A stretch of 38,335 bases of DNA from contig CAVPXM010000018.1 of the NCBI GenBank assembly GCA_963709405.1, positions 1 to 38,335 on the forward strand. Direction: 5' to 3'. Both the position numbers and the translations under genes were made by a program. Position 1 is the stretch's first letter. The number at the start of each line of letters is the position of its first letter. The notes beneath the pieces were generated by a model. The model searched no databases, was not told the DNA's origin, and saw only the letters and a program-made list of their open reading frames with translations. This DNA is from an uncultured Nitrososphaerales archaeon. Its GTDB lineage: Archaea > Thermoproteota > Nitrososphaeria > Nitrososphaerales > Nitrososphaeraceae. Positions 10,072 through 21,207 of this stretch are shown here, in pieces.

Positions 10072-10646
10072 TTTGCATCTACTGTAAAGATGTTTGAATA
10101 AATTGGGCCGGATTGGCTAATAATACTTTGTTTTAATTGCAATCTTGTAATAATGTCAGATCCAAATGTGCTTCCATTGTACTTGGATAATGTATTTTTT
10201 AGATCTAGTTCTCTGTTTCTAATTCGAAACAATGTTAAATGTGGGATAAACGCTTTATCTGGTTTAAAACCGATGTCCGATATTTTTGATATTACCTTAG
10301 CACTAAGGCTAATGAGTTGTTGCCCACCTATTTTATCCACACCTACCCATACAACTCTAGGAGAATACAAATTTGGAAATACTCCGATGTTTAGATATGT
10401 TATATTAATAGGTTTGAACTGTAACTCTGCTAACTTAGTTTTGATTCTTTCGATGTTTTCTGAATCTATGTCTCCCAAGAAAATGATGGTAAAATGGAAG
10501 TTATCATTTCTTACTGGCTTGATTATCTGTTGATTCCATTTATTTTCAGTGACTAATTCATTTTGCAACCCTTCAAGCAGAGAAGTATTAGATATATCTA
10601 ATGCAATAAATGTACGCATATTATTAGTTATCTGAGAGTACATCAA
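10068..10646 (-). CDS. thpR: RNA 2',3'-cyclic phosphodiesterase (2H phosphoesterase / 2'-5' RNA ligase family)
   Basis: MRTFIALD start (probable true start ~10619), HFTIIFLG and PHLTLFR 2H motifs, PRVVWVG and GPIY. ATGA overlap with cca. Confidence 0.9.
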   Translation of the reverse strand: MMYSQITNNMRTFIALDISNTSLLEGLQNELVTENKWNQQIIKPVRNDNFHFTIIFLGDIDSENIERIKTKLAELQFKPINITYLNIGVFPNLYSPRVVWVGVDKIGGQQLISLSAKVISKISDIGFKPDKAFIPHLTLFRIRNRELDLKNTLSKYNGSTFGSDIITRLQLKQSIISQSGPIYSNIFTVDAK

Positions 10647-10796
10647 TCAGAATTGAATTAAAACCTTATTCCAATTTTTATTCAAATTATATGGCTATAT
10701 GTAATTTCGAAAAGCGTTTCCGCTACTTAGAATATTTAGTCAGGCATTCTTAAAGTGACACTATTCTTATTATTTATTATTAAATTATGAATAAAA

Positions 10797-11750
10797 TTAA
10801 GAGAAGATTTTGATTACATCTACAAATCTCTTTCTTAGACTCACTATGCTCGTATTTCCGGCTACTGCCATACGTCCTTGACTTACTTTTTCTCCTTCTC
10901 TGATACAGGCGGCATACAATACCGCAACGGCTAATGCACTAGGATCCTTGCCAAAAGATATAGGATCTTTTTTTACCCTAATCAACATTTCAAGGGCCCT
11001 TCTATATGACTTCTCGGAGACGTTTGCATTATTTGCTGTCCTTGACAAATAGTTACCACAATCTACTAAAGGCAGATTTTGGATCTTAAGATGTCTCAAA
11101 AGTAAACGATAACACTTACCTGCAAATACCTTATCAGTATTTGCAGCTTTAGATATCTCGTCAAGTGTTCTTAATATACTAAGTTCTCTGCAGGCTGCAT
11201 ATATACAAGCAACAATCATAGCTTCTATAGATCTTCCTTTAATCAGTTTTTTAGTAAGAGCCTTACGATAATAATATGCTGCCTTTTCTGTTACTGCGTC
11301 AGTTAGAGAGAGTTTATCTTTAATTCTTGACAATAACGCAAATGCATTTTTTAGATTTCTCGTATAAGCTCTACTATTAAAGTTGGAAATCTTATTCCAT
11401 TTCTGTAATCTACGTATTTTGCTCATCTGTTCTGGACTTATGATAACACCAGCTGCATCCACATGTGAATCAGATATGTAAGTGGATAAACCTCTATCAT
11501 GGATAGCAAGCGAAGTAGGCATTCCGCTTCTCTCTTTACCTCTTAATGCTTCAGCTGTATAAGCGCGCCATTCTTTTTCTAATGATTCGATATTATCTTG
11601 TATTACTACGCCGCAGTTACTACAAACAATTTCTCCAGCCTCTGCATCAAAAATAGTTAAGGTGCTATTGCATAGAGAACATTCGATATCATTACGTTGT
11701 ACTTCCTCTTCGTTCTGATAATCTCTTTGTACATAATTTGGAGATAACAT
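10797..11750 (-). CDS. tfb: Transcription initiation factor IIB paralogue
   Basis: Zn ribbon CSLC...GEIVCSNCG, EWRAY, SLAIHDRGLST, and cyclin repeats (KGRSI, IYAACR, GKDP..LA). Confidence 0.92.
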   Translation of the reverse strand: MLSPNYVQRDYQNEEEVQRNDIECSLCNSTLTIFDAEAGEIVCSNCGVVIQDNIESLEKEWRAYTAEALRGKERSGMPTSLAIHDRGLSTYISDSHVDAAGVIISPEQMSKIRRLQKWNKISNFNSRAYTRNLKNAFALLSRIKDKLSLTDAVTEKAAYYYRKALTKKLIKGRSIEAMIVACIYAACRELSILRTLDEISKAANTDKVFAGKCYRLLLRHLKIQNLPLVDCGNYLSRTANNANVSEKSYRRALEMLIRVKKDPISFGKDPSALAVAVLYAACIREGEKVSQGRMAVAGNTSIVSLRKRFVDVIKIFS

Positions 11751-11950
11751 AAAGATATGAAGATATAGGAATTCCTATAAAAAGCATGTTTATTTATGGT
11801 TAAAAAAACACCAATTGTACACTTCACAATATTGAAGTCCCCTAAATGGTTTATTACGGGATGTAACTAACAAAACAGTTTGTTAATCGTATTATAAGTA
11901 AAAAAGAAATAGAGACATTTTATATCAAATTATCTATTTTTTCATCCTTG

Positions 11951-12091
11951 TTATGTAGCAATCATTTCTATAGGCTGCTCTCTACGTTGTTGCGTCTCTT
12001 CCTCTACAAATAAGCCTTCATCTTCCAGCTCTGCAATTTTGTTCCTTGTTCTAAGATTATATCTCATATCATAGTCTACGAAGTCACACAT
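11951..12091 (-). CDS. Small acidic hypothetical protein (46 aa)
   Basis: MCDFVDYDMRYNLRTRNKIAELEDEGLFVEEETQQRREQPIEMIAT*. A TTTATA box lies ~30 nt upstream on the minus strand. Confidence 0.5.
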   Translation of the reverse strand: MCDFVDYDMRYNLRTRNKIAELEDEGLFVEEETQQRREQPIEMIAT

Positions 12092-12218
12092 AACCGTAAG
12101 TTATTTATCAACCTTAAACTATAAATGAGTTTCATTGCGAAATTTGCAAAATATAGAAATTTAGCCGTGAGACAATCAAAATGATTAAAGACAAGTATTT
12201 AACTCTTAAGAGATGATA

Positions 12219-13170
12219 GGCTCTGTAGAAACCATGTTTTGAACACCGTTAGAGCTTTGTAGGAGCACAATGCAATATGGATGTTGAAAGAATCAAGATA
12301 TGTTAGGCTGAGCAAATACTATGTACCGTGTTTTGAGAAATTCAAGGATACCATTGTTTCTTCACAGGAAGAGTAACCATGTCTTTACGATGTGGCAGCA
12401 TTTAGTATTGCTCACAATAAGACAGTACGAAGGTAAGAGTTATAGGATGTTTGTCGAGTGGTTAATCGAAGCCTATTACCTAAGATTATTTTTAGGATTA
12501 TCACGTATTCCTCATTTTACAACATTGCAGAAATTTACAGAAAGAATTAACAATGCATTGCTTGAAAAGATAATTTCGTCATTCATTGTAATTAGCGGTA
12601 CCAAGCATATCTTTGTAGGAATAGATTCGACAGGATTCAACATGACTCATGCATCCCAGTACTATACTGATCGAACAGGGTTGAGAAGAAAATATGCGAA
12701 ATTATCTATTGGAGCCGATGTATTACAACAAATCATATGTACAATTAAGATAAGACGAGCTCCTACAAGACATGATAATATAGATTTCAAGCCAATCCTA
12801 ACAAGAATAGCTGAAATTCTACCATTATCTGTAGTTACAGCTGATAAGGGTTACGATAGTGAAGAGAATCACCTTTTAGTGAGGGCTTGCATGCATTCAG
12901 TATAATCCCAGCTAGATACGAACACGTGCCAATATGGAGGACATATGGTAAATACAGAAAAGAGATGAAACGTGGCTATTCCAAATTGCTGTACAATCAA
13001 CGAAACAAGAAGGATGAAACCATAATGTCTGTCATAAAACGACTGTTTGGAGAGCATCTGATGTCTAGACTGACTAGAACACAGAACAGAGAATTGTCAT
13101 TCAAATGCATAACCTACAACATGCATAGACTGACTAATCTGATAATATTGATGATGCTTTCTACAAAGCC
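12219..13170 (+). mobile_element. IS5-family element with frameshifted transposase (~12281-13170)
   Basis: 17-bp IRs GGCTCTGTAGAAACCAT / revcomp GGCTTTGTAGAAAGCAT. Exact 9-bp TSD GAGATGATA (12210-12218, 13171-13179). DDE motifs IDSTGF, ADKGYDSE and ETIMSVIKRLFGE. Frameshifts near 12310 and 12890. Confidence 0.92.
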
Positions 13171-13304
13171 GAGATGATACAATTTAAATTAAGGTCTTTT
13201 ACAATGGATATATTTCAGATTGCATAAGTTTATTTGAAATTAATTGTCAATTTAACGATATGTAGATAAAGGATCATAATTAGACTCAATATATATATTG
13301 ATTT

Positions 13305-15029
13305 ATGTCTAAGGGGACTATGAACAAAGACATTTCATATGCTACTAATTATCATGAGGCAACAAATCATTCCGAAATCAGCATGATGGCTTCAAGACAT
13401 TACTTAGATTGGGATAATCGTCCAATGCCTTTTAAAGTGTATACTGATAATTTATCTACATACATTCTTCCAACAGATTTTCCTATTCCAACCATGGACG
13501 CCATTACATCCATTAGCAATAGATACTACAATCACAATTCTGAAATTACAGTCGACTCAAATATGTTTTGTAATAATATGACTTTAAAAGACTTATCGGA
13601 AATCCTATTTTTTTCAGCTGGAATTACTAGAGAGATGAGGTATAATTATGGCACATACTATATGCGTGCAGCTTCAGCCACCGGTGCACTTTATCCCATA
13701 GAATTGTATCTTGTTTGTCGGGATCTGTCACCAAATTTAAAAGCTGGAGTCTATCATTTTTGTCCTGCAGAATTTAACCTCACTGAAATTCGTAGCGGCG
13801 ACTATCTAACTCAATTATCAGCAGCTACTGGAAATAATTCAAACATTTTGAATTCTCCAATTACCATTATATTTACATCGCTCGCCTGGAGGAACGCATG
13901 GAAATATCAAGCAAGATCATATCGTCATTGGTATTGGGATTCTGGCGTAATAGCTGCAAATCTTCTTGCAATAACCACTTCATTGAAGTTTTCTGCAGAA
14001 TTAGTAATGGGATTTGTAGATGATACACTCAATGACCTTCTTCGATTGGAAAAACAAAAAGAAGCAACAATAGTGATGGCTGCCATTAACACAAGATCAT
14101 TGTTAAAGAAAGATCAAATTATCAGAGATAGCAAAAAAGTGGAAGAAATACAGAATATTCCTAATTTGCCTTTCTTAAAGATCGTTCCATTATCAAAGAG
14201 AGGTGAAATAGATTATTTTGAAATTTGGAGGCTACATCAGGCCTCTAAACTAGACAGCGAAGATGAAGTAAAAGAATGGATTAACAGTTATAGGCGCAAT
14301 AGAGACAAAACAATAAGGAAAACATCGAATACGGAACATGAATCATCACATAATACTATCAAGATTTTGAGTGAACATTCATTGTTAAAGGAATCTACAT
14401 CGCCTAATACCGGTATATCAAGTTTAGGCGAAGCCATACTAATAAGAGGTTCAACACGCAGGTTTGCTGTAGTTCCTATTCCCTTCTCTATTTTATCTGT
14501 CATACTATCCTGTGTAACTAGAGGTTCGCCTATGGATTTTCTTGGAAAAGGAGACACATTAATAGACATCTATCTAATAGCTAATGAGATAGATGACTTA
14601 CCACGAGGAGGATATTTTTTTAACAGTAAATTGAATAGTTTGGAACTACTGAAAAGAAATGTGTCAAGAGAGATGTCTGGATATCTTTGTCTTGGCCAAT
14701 CCCTTTTTAGCGATGCTAGCACAGTTCTATTTCTGATGTGCGATTTAAAAAATATACTTGGCATTTTAGGTAATAGAGGATATAGGGCCGCACAATTTGA
14801 AGCTGGAGTAATAGCTGGAAAGATATATCTTTCGGCATATGCTCAATGTATAGGAGCATCAGGATCAACATTTTTTGATGAAGCAGTAACCGAATTTTTC
14901 TCTCCGCATGCAGAAAATAAGAATACAATGATTGCAATCGGAATTGGCAGGCCAGGTTATAAAGCGAAGGCAGGAAAAGTATTGCCTGTTAAGTTAACTA
15001 GAGAACAATTATTGACTGGTAATATATAA
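13305..15029 (+). CDS. SagB/ThcOx-family dehydrogenase (tandem nitroreductase domains)
   Basis: YH..T, LDWDNRP.PFKVY, RAASATGALYPIELY, WKYQARSYRH..WDSG. Second domain R.STRRF, RGYRAAQFEAG and GASGSTFFD. Confidence 0.85.
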   Translation: MSKGTMNKDISYATNYHEATNHSEISMMASRHYLDWDNRPMPFKVYTDNLSTYILPTDFPIPTMDAITSISNRYYNHNSEITVDSNMFCNNMTLKDLSEILFFSAGITREMRYNYGTYYMRAASATGALYPIELYLVCRDLSPNLKAGVYHFCPAEFNLTEIRSGDYLTQLSAATGNNSNILNSPITIIFTSLAWRNAWKYQARSYRHWYWDSGVIAANLLAITTSLKFSAELVMGFVDDTLNDLLRLEKQKEATIVMAAINTRSLLKKDQIIRDSKKVEEIQNIPNLPFLKIVPLSKRGEIDYFEIWRLHQASKLDSEDEVKEWINSYRRNRDKTIRKTSNTEHESSHNTIKILSEHSLLKESTSPNTGISSLGEAILIRGSTRRFAVVPIPFSILSVILSCVTRGSPMDFLGKGDTLIDIYLIANEIDDLPRGGYFFNSKLNSLELLKRNVSREMSGYLCLGQSLFSDASTVLFLMCDLKNILGILGNRGYRAAQFEAGVIAGKIYLSAYAQCIGASGSTFFDEAVTEFFSPHAENKNTMIAIGIGRPGYKAKAGKVLPVKLTREQLLTGNI

Positions 15030-15213
15030 TTCTAATATGCTAAGAAGAGATTCTATCAAATATTAACATTTGACTATCACTAGGACAATCTAAAATTGGT
15101 CTAAAGATGGGTTTATCAACTATGACCAATCTTTTTTACAAGTAAAATCCTTTTCTTGTACATTAATATCGCACTCACCTGCGCTTTTTGGCCTCTCGAA
15201 TTACTAAAAAGAA

Positions 15214-16142
15214 GGTAATACCTAAGAAGTTGGAACAGTTCTTACCATTATTTTAGCTAGTAACCGGAAGATATCTTCGTTCCTATGGTTGAATCTAAAT
15301 TCTATTTCTTTAAGGTACAGGTGAAAGTACTGTTTGGGTACTCCTCGATAATGATACAACCAGGTCTTTGCATAACTCCAGAATCCTTCAATACCATTGA
15401 TATGACTAGTATCTTCACGTACATATTCTTCCATTCGATGAGCAATTATCTGATGTTTTCCGATTAGATCTAATGAAGCATATGCAGTATGGTCATCGGT
15501 ATAATACAAGGAACCCTTCTTAGTATGGAGTTTAATTAATGGAATTAATGTATCATGTATTCTGTCAGATACAGGAAATGTGATGACCTTGCCATTTCTT
15601 TGATATATTCCAAATACCAGGCTTTTACCTTCTGCACCCCATCCGCGTTTTCCTTTCCTATGTCCACCAAATAATGCTTCGTCTATTTCTATTTCTCCTG
15701 ACAGCTTCTTCAGCTCCTTTAATTTCTGAAGTGATTCATTGTAGATTGATTGTCTGAATACTCTGAATGTTCTCTCTATTGTGGCCAAGCTAAGTGGAAC
15801 ATAAAATCGGATTCTGTACGCTGGTACTCCAAGAGCATAGAGATAGAGGAGGTGCACTAGTATATCAAGTGGGAAATAAAACTCTCCAAGATAAGTTCCT
15901 GTCAACTCTCCAAATTTGTATCTGCAACGTTTGCATCCAAACCTCTTATCTTTAAGATGGTACAACAATCGATATCCACATCTTGGACATCGTCTCCTTC
16001 CTTTCCATCTAGCATGACGAAAATATATACGGCTTTTTGTCACACTTCCAGCGAGTTCTATAGGACTAGATTCACGCACGCATCACGAATAGGGCACTAG
16101 AAATTATCCCTTATTTTCTGTTCCAAGTTCTTGGGTATTACC
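15214..16142 (-). mobile_element. IS1595-family element, apparently intact
   Basis: 25-bp IRs GGTAATACCTAAGAAGTTGGAACAG / revcomp GGTAATACCCAAGAACTTGGAACAG. AAAAGAA direct repeat on both sides (15207-15213, 16143-16149). Confidence 0.92.
15222..16079 (-). CDS. IS1595-family transposase
   Basis: N-terminal zinc ribbon CPRC/CKRC, EIDEALFGG, YYTDD, HINGIEGFWS and YLKEIEFRFNHR. Uninterrupted 285-aa ORF. Confidence 0.92.
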   Translation of the reverse strand: MRESSPIELAGSVTKSRIYFRHARWKGRRRCPRCGYRLLYHLKDKRFGCKRCRYKFGELTGTYLGEFYFPLDILVHLLYLYALGVPAYRIRFYVPLSLATIERTFRVFRQSIYNESLQKLKELKKLSGEIEIDEALFGGHRKGKRGWGAEGKSLVFGIYQRNGKVITFPVSDRIHDTLIPLIKLHTKKGSLYYTDDHTAYASLDLIGKHQIIAHRMEEYVREDTSHINGIEGFWSYAKTWLYHYRGVPKQYFHLYLKEIEFRFNHRNEDIFRLLAKIMVRTVPTS

Positions 16143-16149
16143 AAAAGAA

Positions 16150-16509
16150 TTACATGGCCTCGGAGCGTATTAAATTAAATAATCTAAATATATAATCAAT
16201 GAACAAAAAGTGACTACTATGCATAATTTTGCTAGTGAGTATAATCACTATAATCGTACAGATGCCTATCTTGTTGTAATTCGATTTTTTCAAAATTTCG
16301 TTTTTATGATTATTCAAAATATGTTTGTCTGCACAGTTATTATGAATTATTCCTATTTCGCAAAATTCACAAGATGTTACAAAATCAAGGTCATCAAACC
16401 TCCGCTCACATAAGTTACAGAAATCAGATCCAAAGTCCGAGTGATAGAGTGGTTTTAACCATACTTCACGCCAAAGAACTATCAAATTTTTATCAATCAT
16501 AATATACAA
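16150..16509 (-). CDS. Small Cys/His-rich hypothetical protein, possibly frameshifted near 16285
   Basis: CNLC, CEFC and HNNC motifs. An alternative-frame tail KIELQQDRHLYDYSDYTH* follows an A6 run. Confidence 0.55.
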   Translation of the reverse strand: MYIMIDKNLIVLWREVWLKPLYHSDFGSDFCNLCERRFDDLDFVTSCEFCEIGIIHNNCADKHILNNHKNEILKKSNYNKIGICTIIVIILTSKIMHSSHFLFIDYIFRLFNLIRSEAM

Positions 16510-16722
16510 TGGTATAAGAAGGAATTACAATTAAGTCCATTTCTTAATATAAACATAAGCCTGACATTTAGTCTAACCATCTTGCATTCGGTCGAGAAGA
16601 TATATTAATGTTGGTTCGAATTGAAAATAATATGCTTCGATTGTGTTAAATTGAGAAATTGATATTGTTAGGAAATATTTGTAAAGCAGATTTCCTTTTA
16701 TAGTATAGTTCTTCTACATAAT

Positions 16723-17292
16723 TTGATGTATTTGAAATTTCATGGGGTTATAATGACTAAACAAATTTACTTGATTTTGATTACGGCATCATTAATGGCC
16801 TTGATAGTAGTGGTAGCTACAAGCACGGTAGCGATGAGTAAAGTCGTGGCACAAGATCAGCAACAACAACCAATCAAATTCTCAATAAAAAATATTGCTG
16901 TAAAGCCAATAAGCAATACATCTGCTGATGTTCAAGTAGCTTTTTCTGCATATAACCCCAGCAAAGGAACCGTGATTATAGAGGAAATTCAGTACGATGT
17001 GTCACTAGATGGAATGCGAATTGTATCAGGAAGTATCGGGGAAAGGTTAGAAGGCTTTGTAACGTCATCAGCAACCATTTATCCCATTGTAAGCGGCAGT
17101 GAAGTAGTATTAAAGGATAAACAAATAGCACATAGAAGTAACATAAATCAGGGCGTTTGGAATAAGGTTATGGAAGGCATAAATAAGAATACCAAATCTA
17201 AATATCTAGTTACTGGAACAATAGCCTATAAGCAAGGATCAGTTTTAGAAAGAAATGGAGGAGACAATAGTTTCAAACTAATCTATCCATAA
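16723..17292 (+). CDS. Secreted/membrane-anchored LEA_2 (WHy)-like protein
   Basis: N-terminal hydrophobic signal (probable start 16753). 'F.AYNPS...I...IQYDV.LDG....SG' pattern. Confidence 0.6.
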   Translation: MMYLKFHGVIMTKQIYLILITASLMALIVVVATSTVAMSKVVAQDQQQQPIKFSIKNIAVKPISNTSADVQVAFSAYNPSKGTVIIEEIQYDVSLDGMRIVSGSIGERLEGFVTSSATIYPIVSGSEVVLKDKQIAHRSNINQGVWNKVMEGINKNTKSKYLVTGTIAYKQGSVLERNGGDNSFKLIYP

Positions 17293-17377
17293 GCTAAATT
17301 CATTTGTAATGCGAGATTAAAATATTAGAAACCGGCGAGAAGCAGGGTTTTGAATGTTGTTGTCATACGACATTAAA

Positions 17378-17580
17378 GGCTGTCTTAACTTAAAGAAAAT
17401 CCTATAGCTGAAGATGAAGTCCTATCTCTTTAACATGGTTGTTAAAAGAAATAGGATGCCCTCAAAGTACGTTGGCTATGGATTGTACTTGCACTTTCTA
17501 GGTTTATCATATATAGGAATACTTCAAAGGCATATCTAGATTCGTCAAAAGAAGTAATGTATTCAGCTAGAAATGGATGT
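17378..17580 (+). pseudogene. IS6-family 5' remnant
   Basis: MVVKRNRMPSKYVGYGLYLHFLGLSYRNTSK...RFVKRS, homologous to the IS6 N-terminus at ~21530. Confidence 0.65.
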
Positions 17581-17935
17581 GATTTGTAATTGGTGGTAAC
17601 ATGTTTGCATGTAATAAAAGATATAGTTGAAAAACCACAACTTAGGATTGTTACTCCGATACATGAAGATTCACGATAATAGTCTAATCGATTTCAGTAA
17701 TCAAATATTACGATGATAAGTCACAATACGTATTATTGCTGTGACGGAATAATGCTATTTGTTGACTAATAGTATGTGTTCATCGCGCATCCCATTACCA
17801 TTCAAAAATGAAAAAACTTCCTATTGTATAATAGAATATGCAGAGATCAATTTGTAGAGCATGCCAAAAATAGAAGTATATTGACAGTCTTCTAAATAAT
17901 AATGTATATATTGTTTCAAATATTCACACTTACCA

Positions 17936-19231
17936 ATGAACGTATCCAAACAAGAGTCAAATAAATTTCCATTGTTTGTGAGTATGATTTTCTTAACCGC
18001 AGGTATAGTATTGACAATGCTATTGCAACACTCATCTTCTGTATTTCAGATCGCTACTGCATCATCAATATCGAATCAATCTAATCTTCAAATTAATACT
18101 ACGAATACCAATAATGCTAATTTCACTTCTAATATCAAAGATATTTTCAAAAAAGTAGAAGGATCGGTCGTTCAAGTTACCAGCAAAATACCTATAACAA
18201 ATCCAAATGCCTCACAACAACCTGGAGGAGAAAACCAAACAGCGTTAGGCTCAGGTTTTGTTTATGATAGACACGGACATATAGTTACCAATAGTCATGT
18301 TGTGGGAAATTCAAAAGTAGTTGATGTCACATCTATTGATGGAAATAGATATACTGCCAATGTAACGGGCCGAGACCCTTATAGCGATCTGGCCGTGCTA
18401 AAGATCTTAAATCCAGACAGCAATAGTAGTCAAAAGTCATCACCATTTCTCTTTAAACCAATCGTATTAGGTAATTCATCAGAACTTGAAGTTGGTGACC
18501 AAGTGATAGCTATCGGTAATCCATATGGTCTAGATAATACTATGACAACAGGTATTGTGAGCCAGATAGGCCGTTTATTTCCAGATCCTAGTTACGGATA
18601 TTCTATACCAGACATAATTCAAACAGACGCGGCTATAAATCCAGGTAATTCCGGCGGCCCTCTACTGAATATGCAGGGTCAGGTTATTGGATTAAATACC
18701 GGTATTCTTTCATCTACAGGTGGATTTTCTGGAATCGGATTTGCAATTTCGTCCAACACAGTAAAAAAAATAGTTCCAGTTTTGATTGAAAGGGGAACTT
18801 ATACTCATCCTTATCTTGGACTCACAGGTACATCGCTTACGTCTGACTTGGCTCAAAGATTCAAAAATCTACCATCTGATCTCAAAGGAGTGGTTGTCGA
18901 CAGCATAATGAAGAATGGTTCTGCTGACAAATCTGGTATTAAAGGATCTACTGCAGATCAGTATGGTCAAAAACATGGTGGAGACATAATAACATCTGTC
19001 GATGGGAAAAACATTACACGATTTGATGATCTAGTGTCATACCTTGAACAGCATAAATCCCAGGGCAATAATATTACTTTAACAGTATATAGAGAAGGTA
19101 AATTTGTACACGTGAATATTGTGCTTGCAGGACGTCCAACATTATTTCTAACCCAGCCCATTCCATATCAGTCACCAAATCAACCCTCAATACCTCCAAA
19201 ACCGCCTAATCGGGTACCATCTACGCCATAG
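17936..19231 (+). CDS. HtrA/DegP-family serine protease with PDZ domain
   Basis: N-terminal TM helix, GSGFV, VTNSHVV (His), DLAVL (Asp), IQTDAAINPGNSGGPL (Ser), PDZ GDIITSVDG, and a Pro-rich tail. Confidence 0.93.
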   Translation: MNVSKQESNKFPLFVSMIFLTAGIVLTMLLQHSSSVFQIATASSISNQSNLQINTTNTNNANFTSNIKDIFKKVEGSVVQVTSKIPITNPNASQQPGGENQTALGSGFVYDRHGHIVTNSHVVGNSKVVDVTSIDGNRYTANVTGRDPYSDLAVLKILNPDSNSSQKSSPFLFKPIVLGNSSELEVGDQVIAIGNPYGLDNTMTTGIVSQIGRLFPDPSYGYSIPDIIQTDAAINPGNSGGPLLNMQGQVIGLNTGILSSTGGFSGIGFAISSNTVKKIVPVLIERGTYTHPYLGLTGTSLTSDLAQRFKNLPSDLKGVVVDSIMKNGSADKSGIKGSTADQYGQKHGGDIITSVDGKNITRFDDLVSYLEQHKSQGNNITLTVYREGKFVHVNIVLAGRPTLFLTQPIPYQSPNQPSIPPKPPNRVPSTP

Positions 19232-20184
19232 TATAGATAGATAGCTATGCTCAGTTATTGAAGATAGCTGATCGCTAAGTTTACTTATTAACTATCTCCT
19301 TATTTTTATATGATAATTTTGCAATATTTTTAGGAAATGGTATTATTCTAATTTATAACATTTAATGATATTCATATTATGCAGTCAACTAAAAACTTCC
19401 TTATTTGGGACTTGATCTCGATTAACATTGCGATAATCATCTAATGCTTGATAAATTTTCTTAGCATTGATACAAAAGTATATGTCATGATATGCAAGAA
19501 AGTTTTAATGTAACCATATATTTTCATAGGAAAAGGATCGGAAATCATCATAAATAATATCCCGAGTTGATATCCCTTCGTGGCTAGTCTTATTTACTGT
19601 TTGTTAGTAATATGAAATTGTAGTTTGCATACTTTAAATGAAAAATTATTGCAATTTCAAACCAACTAATGCAATAACATTCCATAGATTTTCGTCATTA
19701 TATCTAGATAGCTATTATTTCGTAAATTGTTACGTCAATGGTCATAATATACAAATATCTGTGAAGAAATTGGTAAATCTAATTAGAATCCGTTATTAAA
19801 TATTTTTGAAGATATAAAAAGCATAGATTCATACTGTAATTTAATTATCATACAAACTTTACCGTGTCCAGTAAAACCATCTTTCATATTAAGCCTGGCA
19901 AAGCCTTATAATAACATAGCATGATGAATTATATTATCTTCTGTAAAGATTTTTTGTATAAAATGTTATCTTGATGACAGATCTAATCAATATTCATAAT
20001 ATACCATAGTTAAACTCAACTTTAGTTGTATTTTAAACACAATAAATAAAGCTTGTAAAAATTCGCTAAACAATAAAATCTAACAGATTACATATCGTAT
20101 TTACTTATAGCGACAACAGATTCAATTTGCTTAAACAATCTATAAAAGCAGATAAAAATATTCTAACCTAAAGCATCTTAATAG

Positions 20185-21000
20185 ATGCAGTTGATCAAAA
20201 ATAAATCAATCAATTCCGTAATCCTTCTGCTTCAACTAGTGGTATTACTTATCCTTCCACTATTTATCACAATGGATCAAAGTCATGAGGTAAATGCTAA
20301 AAATAATAATAAGAGGTTAGAGCTGGCATGTCTTACAACTAATCCATGTCTTGGAGGATTATGTCTGGGAGAACATTGTAGCACTAACATTTCGACTCAA
20401 CACAAGAATAATAATGATGGGAATGATATTAATGAGATAATAGATAACCAATTGCCTGCTACTACTAATTTACCTTCAACTGAAGGACAAATGACATTCA
20501 GCAATCCTGTTATGGCGTATTATGGCAACAATAGTAATTGTGAGGTAACACCTATTGCATCTGTAACTATTAGTACACCTACAATAAATGACAATAATAA
20601 AAACATGCCTGTCAATACCATAGATAATAATCTAGATACAAAGTGGAGTGCAAAAGGCTTCGGGACCTATCTTCAACTCAATCTACATAGTATAAAGAAA
20701 CTATGTAGCATAGACGTTGCCTGGGATAAAGGTGATAAACATGAGAATAATTTTATGATTTCAACTTCAAAAGATGGTAAAACATTCACTGATGTTCTTA
20801 AAGGAACTAGTTCTGGTTCTAACAAAGGATTTGAAAATTATGGTATTATTCCCCAAGTAGATGCTAAATATGTCAAGATTACATTATATGGTAAATCCGA
20901 ACAAGATAACAATGGTAATAATAATAATGACAATTCTGTAAAAGTTTCAGAAGTGAGAATAAATACCGCAAATACCGCAAATACCGCAGCACCAATATGA
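20185..21000 (+). CDS. Secreted discoidin (F5/8 type C, CBM32-like) domain protein
   Basis: Signal peptide and Asn-rich linker, then NTIDNNLDTKWS...LQLNL...F.ISTS.DG..F...AKYVKI...SEVRI. AATACCGCA x3 near the 3' end. Confidence 0.8.
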   Translation: MQLIKNKSINSVILLLQLVVLLILPLFITMDQSHEVNAKNNNKRLELACLTTNPCLGGLCLGEHCSTNISTQHKNNNDGNDINEIIDNQLPATTNLPSTEGQMTFSNPVMAYYGNNSNCEVTPIASVTISTPTINDNNKNMPVNTIDNNLDTKWSAKGFGTYLQLNLHSIKKLCSIDVAWDKGDKHENNFMISTSKDGKTFTDVLKGTSSGSNKGFENYGIIPQVDAKYVKITLYGKSEQDNNGNNNNDNSVKVSEVRINTANTANTAAPI

Positions 21001-21207
21001 TATCTTGGGAGCCGTACTTGATGGGATAAATTATACAATAGGACTTAATCTTTAAACTTATTTTTAATAAAAATAAAGAACATCCACCAATTAGCTACAT
21101 TAAGAAAATTAGATATCAAATTCATATTAAACTAAAATGAGGGTTGTGTTCATGGCTTTGACTTGCAGCGATTAGCCCTTTAAAATAGATAGATCAACCC
21201 ACTATGA

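Noticed and set aside
11951-12091. 46-aa ORF as a thiazole/oxazole RiPP precursor for the SagB-like enzyme
   Set aside because: It is not Cys/Ser/Thr-rich and there is no cyclodehydratase nearby.
19232-20184. ~950-bp AT-rich gap as an ncRNA or replication origin
   Set aside because: No convincing stems, repeats or ORB-like motifs were seen, and there is no adjacent cdc6.
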